A stretch of 64,000 nucleotides of DNA from Thiotrichaceae bacterium (GTDB lineage Bacteria > Pseudomonadota > Gammaproteobacteria > Beggiatoales > Beggiatoaceae): the NCBI GenBank assembly GCA_028688145.1, contig JAQTYU010000001.1, positions 266,284 to 330,283 on the forward strand. Direction: 5' to 3'. The notes below the pieces were generated by a model. The model saw nothing but the letters and a program-made list of their open reading frames with translations, searched no databases and was not told the DNA's origin. Both the position numbers and the translations under genes were made by a program. Shown here in pieces: positions 20,449 through 31,136 of the stretch (position 1 is the stretch's first letter; the number at the start of each line of letters is the position of its first letter).

Positions 20449-21198
20449 TTAGGATAGGAGTGATTTCAAATGGGTTCTATAAAGTTCACCCTCTGAAGCA
20501 GTTTGCTGATAAGTAAAACGATAAACTTTACTCTGGATACGTACCAATTTACGCAATCCCAAGCGATTAATATCCACATCCAATTGTTTTCTAAGGTGAG
20601 ACTCCAACCCTTTATTTTTATGAAATAAATATTTGCCCTGCTCAACATCTTTGAGCTGTTGTCCGATATTGCATTTCAATTCCTCACTTTTTTCTTCAAT
20701 TTCTGCCCATGGGCTGCAAATTGCCTGACGTGTTACTCGAACCCGCCAATCATGCTTGTCATCAGGTTTAATCAGCTGATAATTGAAATGCTTTTCGTCG
20801 AAAAAAATAGCCTCTGACTCAACGCTAAGACGTACATAATTCTGCGTAATATTATGATTATGAATGCTTTCTATTTCTACTAATGGAAAATTGGCTTGCT
20901 GTAAGAGTTGTGCAAGTTCTTTGATTTTTTCCAATAAGTCCGCATTAAGCACTTTTACCCATTGATGATAGGCTAAGTTTTCCAATTCTGTCTTATCCAG
21001 TTTATTGAATTTAAATCCTTTTGCATAAGCCCCTAATAGGCATAAAAGTTGGCACTGTTCATCTGTTAAATTAACTTTAAGTTTCTCTTCATAGCGCAAT
21101 TTACCATAGCGTAGAGCATATTGTGAATCATAAGGCAGCGTGACTGCTGTTATCTCCGAAATGTAACTATTTTCAAAAGCATTGGGGATTTGCTGCAA
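20449..21198 (-). CDS. hypothetical protein (AT-rich; TTG start or 5' end lost next to the IS1 remnant)
   Basis: 249-aa ORF with no motif I recognise. The first in-frame start is TTG. An in-frame stop lies just upstream, followed by IS1-derived sequence. Confidence 0.35.
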   Translation of the reverse strand: MQQIPNAFENSYISEITAVTLPYDSQYALRYGKLRYEEKLKVNLTDEQCQLLCLLGAYAKGFKFNKLDKTELENLAYHQWVKVLNADLLEKIKELAQLLQQANFPLVEIESIHNHNITQNYVRLSVESEAIFFDEKHFNYQLIKPDDKHDWRVRVTRQAICSPWAEIEEKSEELKCNIGQQLKDVEQGKYLFHKNKGLESHLRKQLDVDINRLGLRKLVRIQSKVYRFTYQQTASEGELYRTHLKSLLS

Positions 21199-21239
21199 AG
21201 CTGCCTCAAATTCTGGGTAGTATTAAAGAAGCAGTGATT

Positions 21240-21720
21240 TGTTGTAATGGTTAATGAAATAAATGATAGCTCCGATATGATTTTATAACTTCTTGGAGAA
21301 AGATAAAGTTTTTCTCACTAACCGACTCACTCGCTGTCTTAACGTATTGTTAAATCGCTCAATATGATTGGTGAGTCCTGTCTCTTTCCCAGCAGCTTTA
21401 TGGCGTTTACACTAGGAAAGACTTTCTTATACGCCTCCCAGAAATCGGTGTAACACACGGCACATTGCGGGGAGCGAGTCCCATCGTGAGTCTTTATCCA
21501 AGGCCAACCATATCCACACTTTCTCTTGAGACTTTCCAACAAATGACCACATCTCATCGCATTCTAAACACAACTTCTTTGATAGGCTGCGGCTCTAGGC
21601 GTTGTTTCTCGTACAATCGATTTACATACAAGCCTGTAAAATCCTCGCCGCTGGAGCGACGAGGTAGGCATTCCCACGCAGGAGCGAGGGAACGAGAAAC
21701 AAGATTTTTTCTTTAAAGTC
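21240..21720 (-). mobile_element. truncated IS1-family element (InsB-like transposase pseudogene)
   Basis: Frameshifted fragments CDEMWSFVGKSQEKVWIW..., CAVCYTDFWEAYKKV and [19 protein letters not shown] parallel IS1 InsB (CAEMDEQWGYVGAKSRQRW / MTDGWPLYE / LRQHLARLGRKSLSFSKSV). Only about 480 bp remain. Confidence 0.6.
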
Positions 21721-21881
21721 CCCTTTAGGGGCTTGTTTTAATCTTTAAGTCTTTAGCCGTTTTTAGGGGGCTAGGGGTGCTGTGATAATATTAAAAGGTT
21801 TGCTTTATGGAAAAAAGCTTTTATGATGTACAATTTTCTAAACAGCTATGTACCATAATTATTAACCCCTAGGCAATTATA

Positions 21882-22409
21882 ATGGCGCGTTATTTACTTC
21901 CCTTAGGGATTTTTGCAATTTTAGCCGCTTTTCTTTACGTGGGTTTAAGCTTAGACCCGCGTGATATTGGTTCGACCCGTTTAGATAAAGTCGCGCCTGC
22001 GTTCACTTTGCCCTTGTTAGAGGATTCGAGTAAAACCCTCACTCAACAAACATTTCAGGGCAAAGTTTCGTTATTTAACGCATGGGCTTCGTGGTGTGCA
22101 CCTTGCTTGCAAGAACATCCTGTATTAATGCAATTGGCACAATACACGCAAATTCCGATTTATGGCTTAAATTATAAAGACAATGCTAATGATGCTCGTG
22201 AATTATTAGCAAAACACGGCAATCCTTATCTTGCCAGCGGTTTCGATGAAAAAGGGCGTGTCGGTATGGACTGGGGCGTTATCGGAACACCCGAAACCTT
22301 TGTAGTCGATAAGCACGGGGTGGTACGTTACAAACACGTTGGACCTTTAAACCCTGACATTTTAAAACAAAAAATTTTACCGTTGATTAAACAATTAGAA
22401 AGCAACTAA
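21882..22409 (+). CDS. dsbE: DsbE/CcmG-family periplasmic thiol:disulfide oxidoreductase
   Basis: N-terminal TM anchor, then WASWCAPC (CxxC) and a GVIGTPETFV motif. No other ccm genes adjacent. Confidence 0.8.
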   Translation: MARYLLPLGIFAILAAFLYVGLSLDPRDIGSTRLDKVAPAFTLPLLEDSSKTLTQQTFQGKVSLFNAWASWCAPCLQEHPVLMQLAQYTQIPIYGLNYKDNANDARELLAKHGNPYLASGFDEKGRVGMDWGVIGTPETFVVDKHGVVRYKHVGPLNPDILKQKILPLIKQLESN

Positions 22410-22511
22410 TTCAAATAATTTAAAACGGTAATCTGGGATTAAAGCCTACGGTGACTATCTGCTATCACAGCCGCATAGATTCACCTAGAATGCAGACTAG
22501 CATCAAGGAAT

Positions 22512-23969
22512 ATGATGTCTCCTTACAGACGTTTGATTAATGGAATTAAAAACATTCTCCGTCCACAAAAAACTTCAAAAGAAGCTGTTGTGGACGCAGT
22601 GTTACAACCTCAAACCAGCGTACAAGTAAAACCTCGCGTCAATCATGTACCATTACACATTCCCCGCGCCGAGCACAGCTTATCACGCAGCATGATCAGT
22701 AAATCCGCAGTGAGCGTATTATACAAATTGCACAATGCGGGCTATCAAGCTTTTTTAGTCGGCGGGGGCGTGCGCGATGTTTTAGTTGGGCGCAGACCCA
22801 AAGATTTTGACGTGGTCACCAACGCGCTGCCCGAACAAGTACGCTCCTTATTTCGGCATTGCCGCTTAATTGGGCGACGCTTCGTTTTAGCACATGTTTA
22901 CTTTGGCGATGAAATCGTTGAAGTTGCCACTTTTCGCGCCCAACACGACAAGGGCGGCGATGGGGTAATTCAAGACGGGCGCATTATTCGTGATAACGTG
23001 TACGGCACAATTGACGAAGACGCATGGCGGCGCGATTTTACAATTAACGCGCTGTATTATGATATTAGTGACTTCGCGCTCTTGGATTACACGGGCGGCA
23101 TGAAGGACTTAGATGAAGGCGTGATTCGCTTAATTGGCGACCCGATTCAACGTTATCAAGAAGACCCTGTGCGCATGTTACGGGCGATTCGCTTTGCAGC
23201 AAAACTTAAGTTTACCATCGATGCCAGCACCAGCGCGCCGATTTTCCAACTGCCGCATTTACTGAAAGATGTGAATACTTCACGCTTATATGAAGAAATC
23301 TTAAAGTTATTCTTTAGCGGGCATTCTTTGCAATCTTTCAATTTGTTGCGGGATTATAAATTATTTGACCATTTATTTCCCCAAACTGCGGCGTGTTTAA
23401 ACAATCCCGAAGCGGTCACTTTGCTTAATCATGTGTTCAAAAATACCGATGAACGCCTGATGTTACAAAAGCCTGTCAGCCCCGCGTTCTTATTTGCCGC
23501 GTTGTTGTGGCAGCCTTTGCAACAACAAATTGCCAAATATTTAGCCGAGGGCAAAACCGAGCAAGACAGCTTATTTGCTGCCAGCCGCGACATATTAACC
23601 CGCCAAGTGCAACGGGTCGGGATTCCGAAACGGGTTTCACTGGTGATTCATGAAATTTGGTTGATGCAGCCGCGTTTGACCCGTCGTAAGAGCAAGCGTA
23701 ATTTTGCTTTATTGGAACACGGCAGTTTTAAAGCAGGCTATGATTTCTTACTGTTGCGTGCCAGTGCGGGCGATAGCAGCGTGGGCGAATATGCGACGTG
23801 GTGGACGCAGTTTTTCCACGGCGACGATGCCGCACGCAATAACTTATTGTTTGCAGAAGAACCGCGTCAAGCCACGGCAACGGCGAAACGGATTCGTCGG
23901 CGGCGCAAGCCCAGTAAACGCCCTTTGCAAAAAGACGCGCCGCCTAACATCAATGGTTCTGATGAATAA
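22512..23969 (+). CDS. pcnB: poly(A) polymerase I
   Basis: Nucleotidyltransferase head GGGVRD...DFD, RRDFTINALY, and an Arg/Lys-rich C-tail. pcnB-folK adjacency as in E. coli. Confidence 0.9.
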   Translation: MMSPYRRLINGIKNILRPQKTSKEAVVDAVLQPQTSVQVKPRVNHVPLHIPRAEHSLSRSMISKSAVSVLYKLHNAGYQAFLVGGGVRDVLVGRRPKDFDVVTNALPEQVRSLFRHCRLIGRRFVLAHVYFGDEIVEVATFRAQHDKGGDGVIQDGRIIRDNVYGTIDEDAWRRDFTINALYYDISDFALLDYTGGMKDLDEGVIRLIGDPIQRYQEDPVRMLRAIRFAAKLKFTIDASTSAPIFQLPHLLKDVNTSRLYEEILKLFFSGHSLQSFNLLRDYKLFDHLFPQTAACLNNPEAVTLLNHVFKNTDERLMLQKPVSPAFLFAALLWQPLQQQIAKYLAEGKTEQDSLFAASRDILTRQVQRVGIPKRVSLVIHEIWLMQPRLTRRKSKRNFALLEHGSFKAGYDFLLLRASAGDSSVGEYATWWTQFFHGDDAARNNLLFAEEPRQATATAKRIRRRRKPSKRPLQKDAPPNINGSDE

Positions 23970-24453
23970 ACAGCTTGCCTATATTGGGCTGGGCAGTAAT
24001 TTGCAACAGCCCCGAATCCAAGTACAACGCGCCTTACAAGCTTTGCAAACTGTGCCCGAGAGTGAATTAATTAAATACTCTCATTTATATCGCAGCGCGC
24101 CACTCTCGGGAAACGACCAACCCGATTATATTAATGCAGTGGCGATGCTGCGCACTGGCTTAACGCCTTTGGCATTATTAGACGCATTGCAAGCGATTGA
24201 ACAACAACAAGGTCGAATTCGTACCGCAGAACGTTGGGCATCGCGCAGTTTAGATTTAGATATGTTACTTTATGCCGATTATCGCAGCGACGATCCGCAC
24301 TTAACTTTACCCCATCCAGAATTGTATAATCGCGCTTTTGTGCTTTACCCTCTTTACGACTGCACCCCTGATTTAACCTTGCCCAACGGACAAGCCCTTG
24401 CACAATTGCTGCAAACTTGCTCTGCTGCTGGGCTTTCGAGGATTTCCCCATAA
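23962..24453 (+). CDS. folK: 2-amino-4-hydroxy-6-hydroxymethyldihydropteridine diphosphokinase
   Basis: AYIGLGSNL...RWASRSLDLDML signature. Overlaps the pcnB stop by 8 nt. Confidence 0.9.
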   Translation: MNKQLAYIGLGSNLQQPRIQVQRALQALQTVPESELIKYSHLYRSAPLSGNDQPDYINAVAMLRTGLTPLALLDALQAIEQQQGRIRTAERWASRSLDLDMLLYADYRSDDPHLTLPHPELYNRAFVLYPLYDCTPDLTLPNGQALAQLLQTCSAAGLSRISP

Positions 24454-25250
24454 TGAGCCGACTCAGTTTAACTTACCTTCGCAAATTAAAAGCCAATGGC
24501 GAAAAAATGAGCTGCTTAACCGCCTATGATGCGAGTTTTGCGTATTTAATCGATGCCGCTGGGGTTGAAATTATACTGGTGGGCGACTCACTGGGCATGG
24601 TGATTCAAGGGCATGACAGCACCTTGCCTGTGACCATGGAACATATTATTTATCATAGCCAATTAGTGCACCGTAGCACGCATAAATCCGTGTTAATGGT
24701 GGACATGCCTTTTATGAGTTATGCCACGCCTGAACAGGCTTTGCACAATGCGGCGCGTTTGATGCAAGAAGGACACGCGCAAATTGTGAAATTAGAAGGC
24801 GGCGCGTGGCTTGCGGAAACCGTGCAATTGCTGACGGAACGCGGTATTCCTGTGTGTGCGCATCTGGGTTTAACTCCGCAATCCGTGCATCAATTGGGTG
24901 GTTATCGGGTGCAAGGGCGCAGTGAAGCCAGTGCGGAACGTTTGCGCCAAGATGCTTTAACTTTGCAAGCGGCGGGCGCGTCTGCTTTGTTATTTGAATG
25001 TGTGCCCAGTGTATTGGCAGCAGAAATTACCCGTGCGGTGGAAGTGCCTGTGATTGGGATTGGGGCGGGCGTAGATTGTGACGGACAAGTTTTAGTTTTA
25101 TACGACATGCTAGGGATTAGTCACGGAAAGCGTCCTTCCTTTTCTAAAGATTTCTTAGCAGAATCAGGTTCTGTGCCTGCGGCAATTACCGCATTTCATG
25201 AAGCGGTGAAACAAAGTCGTTTTCCTGCGGCGGAACATTCGTTTAGTTAA
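24453..25250 (+). CDS. panB: 3-methyl-2-oxobutanoate hydroxymethyltransferase
   Basis: LTAYDASFA...VGDSLGMV...KLEGG motifs. The start overlaps the folK stop. Confidence 0.92.
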   Translation: MSRLSLTYLRKLKANGEKMSCLTAYDASFAYLIDAAGVEIILVGDSLGMVIQGHDSTLPVTMEHIIYHSQLVHRSTHKSVLMVDMPFMSYATPEQALHNAARLMQEGHAQIVKLEGGAWLAETVQLLTERGIPVCAHLGLTPQSVHQLGGYRVQGRSEASAERLRQDALTLQAAGASALLFECVPSVLAAEITRAVEVPVIGIGAGVDCDGQVLVLYDMLGISHGKRPSFSKDFLAESGSVPAAITAFHEAVKQSRFPAAEHSFS

Positions 25251-25476
25251 AGTAACTCCCCTTTAGAAAAGGTGGCTGGGAATTTCAAAATCTCAACTGA
25301 AGTCCCCAACCCTCTAAAGGGAGTTAAACACACAGATTAAATCTTAAATTCCTCACTCTCCCGCAAATTGTTTAACAAGCCCGTCATGCTTGTGTAAAAT
25401 ACATCTTAATTCTTGATTAATTCATCCGTGAGCCATGCTCATCCTTCCTATTTTCTAAAATACAGCAGGTTTAACT

Positions 25477-26913
25477 ATGTCGTCATGGGAAGTTGTTATT
25501 GGGTTGGAAATTCATGCCCAACTCGCTTGTAAAAGCAAAATTTTTTCGGGTGCTGCAACTGCCTACGGTGCGCCCCCCAATACTCAAGCCTGTGCCGTTG
25601 ATCTCGGAATGCCCGGCGTGTTGCCTGTGCTGAATGAAGAAGCGGTACGTATGGCCGCAAAATTCGGGCTGGCAATTGGTGCAAAGGTTTCTGAACGTTC
25701 CGTATTTGCGCGTAAAAATTATTTTTACCCCGACCTGCCTAAAGGCTATCAAATCAGTCAATTTGAATTGCCCGTGGTGCAAAAAGGCGCAATTACCATT
25801 GAAGTTGATGGACAAGAAAAAGTCGTCGGCATCACCCGCGCCCATTTGGAAGAAGACGCAGGCAAATCCTTGCACGAAGATTTCCAAGGCTTAAGCGGCA
25901 TCGATTTAAATCGCGCAGGCACGCCCTTGTTAGAAATCGTGTCCGAGCCTGATATGCGTTCCGCTAAAGAAGCGATTGCGTACATGAAGAAAATCCACTC
26001 TTTAGTGCGTTATCTCGAAATCTGTGATGGCAACATGCAAGAAGGTTCATTCCGCTGCGACGCTAACGTTTCCGTGCGTCCCAAAGGACAAGAAGCTTTT
26101 GGCACACGCGCCGAATTGAAAAACTTGAACTCATTCCGTTTCGTAGAACGCGCAATTAATTTAGAAGTTGAACGCCAAATTGATTTAATTGAAGCGGGCG
26201 GCAAAGTGGTTCAAGAAACCCGTTTGTACGATTCTGAAAAGAATGAAACCCGTTCCATGCGTTCTAAAGAAGAAGCGAATGATTACCGCTACTTCCCTGA
26301 CCCCGACTTATTGCCTTTGGTGATTGAAGAAGCATTTCTTGCCCAAGTGAAGCTATCTTTACCCGAATTGCCCGACGAAAAGGCGCAACGTTTCACCGCA
26401 CAATATGGCTTGTCGCCTTATGATGCAGGTGTATTAACTGCGATTCGTGAATTGGCGCATTATTACGAAGACACCGTGAAACTTTCGGGCAGCGATGCCA
26501 AATTGTGTGCTAACTGGGTGATGGGCGATTTAGCCGCCGCGCTGAATAAGCATAATTTAGAAATCACCGAATCGCCTGTGAATGCCACGCAATTGGCAGG
26601 CATGTTAAAACGCATCACCGATAACACCATTTCTGGCAAAATTGCCAAGCAAGTGTTTGAAGCGATGTGGAATGGTGAAGGCGATGCGGACAGCGTGATT
26701 GAAAAACAAGGCTTGAAACAAGTCACCGACACGGGCGCAATTGAGAAAGTCATCGATGAAGTGATGGCGAAAAATCCCAAACAGCTCGAAGAATATCGCA
26801 GCGGCAAAGATAAGTTATTTGGCTTCTTTGTGGGGCAAGTGATGAAGGTTTCACAAGGCAAGGCAAACCCTGATCAAGTGAATGAATTGTTGAAACGGAA
26901 GCTTGCGCCCTAG
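25477..26913 (+). CDS. gatB: Asp-tRNA(Asn)/Glu-tRNA(Gln) amidotransferase subunit B
   Basis: [13 protein letters not shown]..., GatB/YqeY C-terminal domain. gatC and gatA are not adjacent. Confidence 0.95.
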   Translation: MSSWEVVIGLEIHAQLACKSKIFSGAATAYGAPPNTQACAVDLGMPGVLPVLNEEAVRMAAKFGLAIGAKVSERSVFARKNYFYPDLPKGYQISQFELPVVQKGAITIEVDGQEKVVGITRAHLEEDAGKSLHEDFQGLSGIDLNRAGTPLLEIVSEPDMRSAKEAIAYMKKIHSLVRYLEICDGNMQEGSFRCDANVSVRPKGQEAFGTRAELKNLNSFRFVERAINLEVERQIDLIEAGGKVVQETRLYDSEKNETRSMRSKEEANDYRYFPDPDLLPLVIEEAFLAQVKLSLPELPDEKAQRFTAQYGLSPYDAGVLTAIRELAHYYEDTVKLSGSDAKLCANWVMGDLAAALNKHNLEITESPVNATQLAGMLKRITDNTISGKIAKQVFEAMWNGEGDADSVIEKQGLKQVTDTGAIEKVIDEVMAKNPKQLEEYRSGKDKLFGFFVGQVMKVSQGKANPDQVNELLKRKLAP

Positions 26914-27191
26914 GAATTCATGCGTTCTTCAATGTCCTGAAGGGGAATATTTTTATCTTTAAAAAAGTCCCCTTCAGGGAAGAGTGCTAAAGCCAGATAA
27001 TCGGGGGTTAATAATTTAACCCTCTGATTATATTTATAATATATGAGTAGCTTAATCTCATACCTACGTCATTAACAAATAACTAGCCTCATTCTTATGT
27101 GGCTATATAAGCTTTAAAGTGTTTGTATGAGAAAGTTTTACAGCAATAATACATGCGTTAACTAATTATTGAGTCCTTTGACGCGAGGCTG

Positions 27192-29000
27192 ATGGTTAAA
27201 AATATCAACAGTTGCCACGATCTTGAATCTCCCTCATTCCCCCGTTGTCAGAGCGGGCGGCTAAAATGGAATTTTACCAAACCCAGCATCATGAATTTAC
27301 CCGCAAATAACACCCCGAAACGCCTAGGCGATGTGCTCACCGAACAGCGCATTATCACGCCTGACCAGTTAAAAATCGCGCTGACTGAACAGAAAAAAAC
27401 CCAAGAACAATTGGGCAAGGTTTTAGTGCACTTAGGTTTTATTTCTGAGGCGGTGCTGCGCGATTTTCTCGGGGAAACGCTGGGGCATAACAGCGTCGAT
27501 TTGTCGAAATTGGTGGTTGATCACGAGGCAATTCGCCTCGTTCCGAAAAGCTTGGCACGGCGTTACACCTTGTTGCCCATCAGTTATGAGCGTGCTAGCA
27601 AAACACTACTGATTGCCATGGCAGATGTGTTTAACATTCTAGCCATCGACCAAGTCACCGCGACGCTGGACGGCATTACTGTCGAAACCGTGCTCGCCAG
27701 CGAAACCGAAATTATCAATGCGATTGATAACTTATACGGTTATGACCTGTCGCTAGACGGCATTTTGCACGAAATTGAAACCGGTGAAATTGATTTCCAA
27801 AGTATCGCGCTGACCCGAAATAATGAATACAGTCAGCCTTTTGTGCGTTTGGTCGATGCCTTGCTTTCAGACGCGGTGAAACGCAATGCCTCCGACGTGC
27901 ACTTTGAGCCTGAAAATGGCTTTTTAAGAATTCGTTATCGTATTGACGGGGTTTTGCAGCAAATCCGCAGTTTGCATAAAAATTATTGGTCGGCGATTGC
28001 GGTGCGTTTAAAAGTGATGGCAGGAATGAATATTGCTGAAACCCGCATTGCGCAAGATGGGCGAATTTCCTTGACCTTGGCGGGGCGGTTAATTGATTTT
28101 CGGGTGTCGGTGCAGCCTACGGTGTACGGTGAAAATATCGTGCTGCGGATTTTGGACCGTCAACGCGGCATTGTGCCTGTGGATAATTTGGGTTTGTCAG
28201 ATGCCAATTTGATGGCGTTAAAATTGATGATTGCGCGTCCTGAAGGGATTATTTTGCTCACAGGCCCAACAGGCAGCGGTAAAACCACCACGCTGTATTC
28301 CATTCTGAATTATTTGAATACCGAAGCCGTGAATATCATGACTTTGGAAGACCCTGTGGAATATGTGCTTGGACAAGTGCGACAAACGGCGGTGAATGAG
28401 GCGGTGAAATTGGATTTTGCCAATGGGATTCGCTCGATGATGCGCCAAGACCCCGATATTATTCTGGTGGGGGAAATTCGTGATGAAGATACCGCAGATA
28501 TGGCATTTCGGGCGGCAATGACAGGGCATCAAGTCTATTCAACTTTGCATACTAATTCCGCAATTGGAGCAGTGCCGCGCTTGCTGGATATTGGGGTGCT
28601 GCCTGATATTATTGCAGAAAATACTATTGGAATTATTGGACAACGCCTGATTCGGCAATTGTGCTCTGCCTGCAAAGAGCCGTATCTCCCAACAGCGATG
28701 CATTGGCAATTATTGGGAATCCCGCAACAGCATTTAACTTTATATCGTCCCGTGGGTTGCGAAGCCTGTGAGCATCGCGGTTATAAAGGGCGCGTGGCAT
28801 TGATGGAAGTGTTGCGGATTGATGAATCTTTGCAGGATAAAATTGCACACCGTTGCACCACGTATGATATTCGGCAACACGCGAAACAATTGGGTTTTGC
28901 GACCTTGGCACACGATGGAGTGCGTCGCATTGTTGAAGGCATTACCAGTTTAGAAGAAGTTTCGCGGGTGGTGGATTTGACCAGTCGTTTGAATGTGTAG
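27192..29000 (+). CDS. GspE/PilB-family secretion ATPase with an MshEN-like c-di-GMP-binding N-terminal domain (MshE-like)
   Basis: Two consecutive half-motifs match the MshEN pattern RLGxxL...I...QL..AL..Q: RLGDVLTEQRIITPDQLKIALTEQ and QLGKVLVHLGFISEAVLRDFLGE. T2SSE N-domain, Walker A GPTGSGKTTT, Asp and His boxes, tetracysteine CSAC...CEAC. No other pilus or T2SS genes are nearby. Confidence 0.85.
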   Translation: MVKNINSCHDLESPSFPRCQSGRLKWNFTKPSIMNLPANNTPKRLGDVLTEQRIITPDQLKIALTEQKKTQEQLGKVLVHLGFISEAVLRDFLGETLGHNSVDLSKLVVDHEAIRLVPKSLARRYTLLPISYERASKTLLIAMADVFNILAIDQVTATLDGITVETVLASETEIINAIDNLYGYDLSLDGILHEIETGEIDFQSIALTRNNEYSQPFVRLVDALLSDAVKRNASDVHFEPENGFLRIRYRIDGVLQQIRSLHKNYWSAIAVRLKVMAGMNIAETRIAQDGRISLTLAGRLIDFRVSVQPTVYGENIVLRILDRQRGIVPVDNLGLSDANLMALKLMIARPEGIILLTGPTGSGKTTTLYSILNYLNTEAVNIMTLEDPVEYVLGQVRQTAVNEAVKLDFANGIRSMMRQDPDIILVGEIRDEDTADMAFRAAMTGHQVYSTLHTNSAIGAVPRLLDIGVLPDIIAENTIGIIGQRLIRQLCSACKEPYLPTAMHWQLLGIPQQHLTLYRPVGCEACEHRGYKGRVALMEVLRIDESLQDKIAHRCTTYDIRQHAKQLGFATLAHDGVRRIVEGITSLEEVSRVVDLTSRLNV

Positions 29001-29040
29001 TGCGGGTTAATCTTTACGCTATTTTAAATAGGCTTATTAA

Positions 29041-30189
29041 ATGTGTTATGTCTTGAAACATTTTGATACCCCCTTGCTTAAATTTACGCTGTCGCTTGAC
29101 CCCATAGACGGATGGTCTGTGAGTTTGCTTGAACTGAATGAAGCCCAAAGAAATTTATTACCGCTTGATTTAGAAGTCAGTTCTCAAGGAGTTTTAAAAT
29201 GGTTGCAACGTCGATTCATTCCCAAAAACAGGGCATTTGTGCACAGTTTTTTAGCAAAACTGGGCTTGAATCATAATGATATAAAAGGAATATTAGAAAT
29301 CTGTAAAGGACTTTCATTAACCGATTGTTATTGGGTGGTGGATGAAAGCTTTACGGGGAGTTTTAGCCAATATAATTTATATACGAATCGTTTTAATCAA
29401 ACCTTGGGATTAATTGCTTATACGGGCTATGGGGAGAGTGTACGCAGCGGTTTTACCTCTTCTCCAGAACTGACGACAGATGGGATGCTGGCGAAATGTT
29501 GGCGCAAAATAGATGAGAAAATTATTCTTTATAAGGCGGGTAGTACAGGGGCTGCAAATACAGGTAATGAACCTTATTCTGAATTTTACGCCGCTCAAAT
29601 CGCTAAGCAAATGGGCTTAAATGCCGTTGGTTATGAACTGCACCGATGGAAAAAACAGCTTTGTTCTACCTGTAAATTATTTACCAGCCAGCAATTTTCT
29701 TATATCCCCATAGGACGCTTGGTGAGGCAGGGCGGCTGGACAAATATCATTCATTATTATAAAAATTTAGGTGAAAATTATTATAATAATTTGATTGATA
29801 TGCTAATTTTTGATGCGGTGATTTGTAATGAAGACAGACATTTTGGTAATTTTGGACTCTTAATCGAAAATCAAACTAACCAGATTGTTGCAACTGCGCC
29901 CATTTTTGATAATGGTTTATCTTTGTTTAATTATGCAATGGCTGATGATTTAAAGAATATTAATATTTATGCAAAAACGCGTCTCATGCGAGATGGTCAA
30001 GATTTTATAGCGTTTGCGCGTGCTGTCATCACAAAAAGACAAAAGACACAATTACGCGCCTTAATTAATTTTCAATTTACGAGACACGCGCGTTATAACT
30101 TGCCCGATAAATGTTTAAAACTGATTGAGCAGTTTATTCAAAGCAGAGTCCAAGAACTTTTAGAGATTCCGTTACAGGGTGGTGAGTAG
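29041..30189 (+). CDS. HipA-family Ser/Thr protein kinase (HipA_C-type)
   Basis: 382 aa. Catalytic region LIFDAVICNEDRHFGNFGLL (NxDxHxxNF) and activation motif PIFDNGLSL. 40 nt downstream of the ATPase gene on the same strand. Confidence 0.65.
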   Translation: MCYVLKHFDTPLLKFTLSLDPIDGWSVSLLELNEAQRNLLPLDLEVSSQGVLKWLQRRFIPKNRAFVHSFLAKLGLNHNDIKGILEICKGLSLTDCYWVVDESFTGSFSQYNLYTNRFNQTLGLIAYTGYGESVRSGFTSSPELTTDGMLAKCWRKIDEKIILYKAGSTGAANTGNEPYSEFYAAQIAKQMGLNAVGYELHRWKKQLCSTCKLFTSQQFSYIPIGRLVRQGGWTNIIHYYKNLGENYYNNLIDMLIFDAVICNEDRHFGNFGLLIENQTNQIVATAPIFDNGLSLFNYAMADDLKNINIYAKTRLMRDGQDFIAFARAVITKRQKTQLRALINFQFTRHARYNLPDKCLKLIEQFIQSRVQELLEIPLQGGE

Positions 30190-30194
30190 TTTTA

Positions 30195-30225
30195 TAGCCC
30201 GTATGCAGCGTAGCGGAATGCGGGG
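30195..30225. repeat. family F3 repeat TAGCCCGTATGCAGCGTAGCGGAATGCGGGG
   Basis: Further copies at 32585-32610, 39996-40026 and 62701-62732 (inverted). Always sits just 3' of a gene. Confidence 0.7.
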
Positions 30226-30268
30226 AATTAAGCGGGAAAGTTCTTATCTCACCCGCTACTTTTCACTA

Positions 30269-30790
30269 TCAATCACTTGCTGTGACATGCAGGGTGTAAA
30301 GTTTCTTTTCCTCGAATGATTGTTGCTTGGGTATGTATGCACTCGACAACTTATCATCTCCACGATACCTTTTTTCCCGATTTGTCCGCCAGTGCTGTTT
30401 TACAATCGTTAATTGATTCAATTGTTCAAGACGTACATCAAACGAGCTATTGTCTATATGACGGCTCCACTCTTGCTTAGACTGCGTTGTAGATTTATCA
30501 AGTGTCGCAAACTCTTGGAGTGTCGCTTTCACAATTAACCGAGCGCGGCTTGAAGAAAAAGTTTTTGGGAAAGAATACAGGTATAAAGCATCCCGAGGAT
30601 ACAAACTTGCGATAGGCATTTGATCGATACGACAACTTGTTAGATTAAAAAACAAAATATCAATACGTTTCCGATAAGTGGGATGCTGAAAATTATATTC
30701 ACGTACCATTCCCAATATTTCGGGGAAAGAAAACGCAAAAAATCGTCCCCTTGTTGGGGTAGCTATCTGATCTTCATTGGGTAAACTCAT
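30269..30790 (-). CDS. hypothetical protein
   Basis: 173-aa ORF with a good RBS (AAGGAGAG). Convergent with the hipA-like gene. No motif recognised. Confidence 0.4.
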   Translation of the reverse strand: MSLPNEDQIATPTRGRFFAFSFPEILGMVREYNFQHPTYRKRIDILFFNLTSCRIDQMPIASLYPRDALYLYSFPKTFSSSRARLIVKATLQEFATLDKSTTQSKQEWSRHIDNSSFDVRLEQLNQLTIVKQHWRTNREKRYRGDDKLSSAYIPKQQSFEEKKLYTLHVTASD

Positions 30791-31063
30791 TCCTGCTCTC
30801 CTTATTGGGTAAAATAATGTGTAATCACCATTATGAATAATAGAAGTAGTCCGTATAAAACACCATGTAATACGGGAAATTAAATGAAAGTGTTGCTACT
30901 TTTCCCACATCAAATAATCCCAATTGAGTTACGCCCCTATTTTCTGCATACTAGCTACGGGTATTAATAGCTTTTCTCAGCGGTCGGGGTTCTGTATACC
31001 CCACTGGCGCACTGCTCCTGAAAATTGGGGCGGCGTGTACCGAGAAATAGCTTATATCCTCCG

Positions 31064-31135
31064 TCCAATAAGCTCTATTGGTGAGCGGATTACAAAATAA
31101 TCAGGTGCAGGTTCGATTCCCGCATTGGACTCCAA
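31064..31135 (+). tRNA. tRNA-like sequence (probable tRNA pseudogene; anticodon arm about 2 nt short)
   Basis: Perfect 7-bp acceptor stem GTCCAAT/ATTGGAC, D-arm GCTC-TATTGGT-GAGC, T-arm GCAGG-TTCGATT-CCCGC, discriminator plus encoded CCA. Only 19 nt are available for the anticodon arm plus variable loop, where at least 21 are needed. Confidence 0.45.
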
Positions 31136-31136
31136 G

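Noticed and set aside
19825-21198. Polysaccharide or O-antigen cluster suggested by the WcaB-like acetyltransferase
   Set aside because: No glycosyltransferase, flippase or polymerase genes adjoin it. It is flanked by a channel gene and an IS remnant.
27192-30790. Complete type IV pilus or type II secretion locus
   Set aside because: Only the ATPase is present. There is no pilin, PilC/GspF platform, PilM-Q or secretin within 10 kb on either side.
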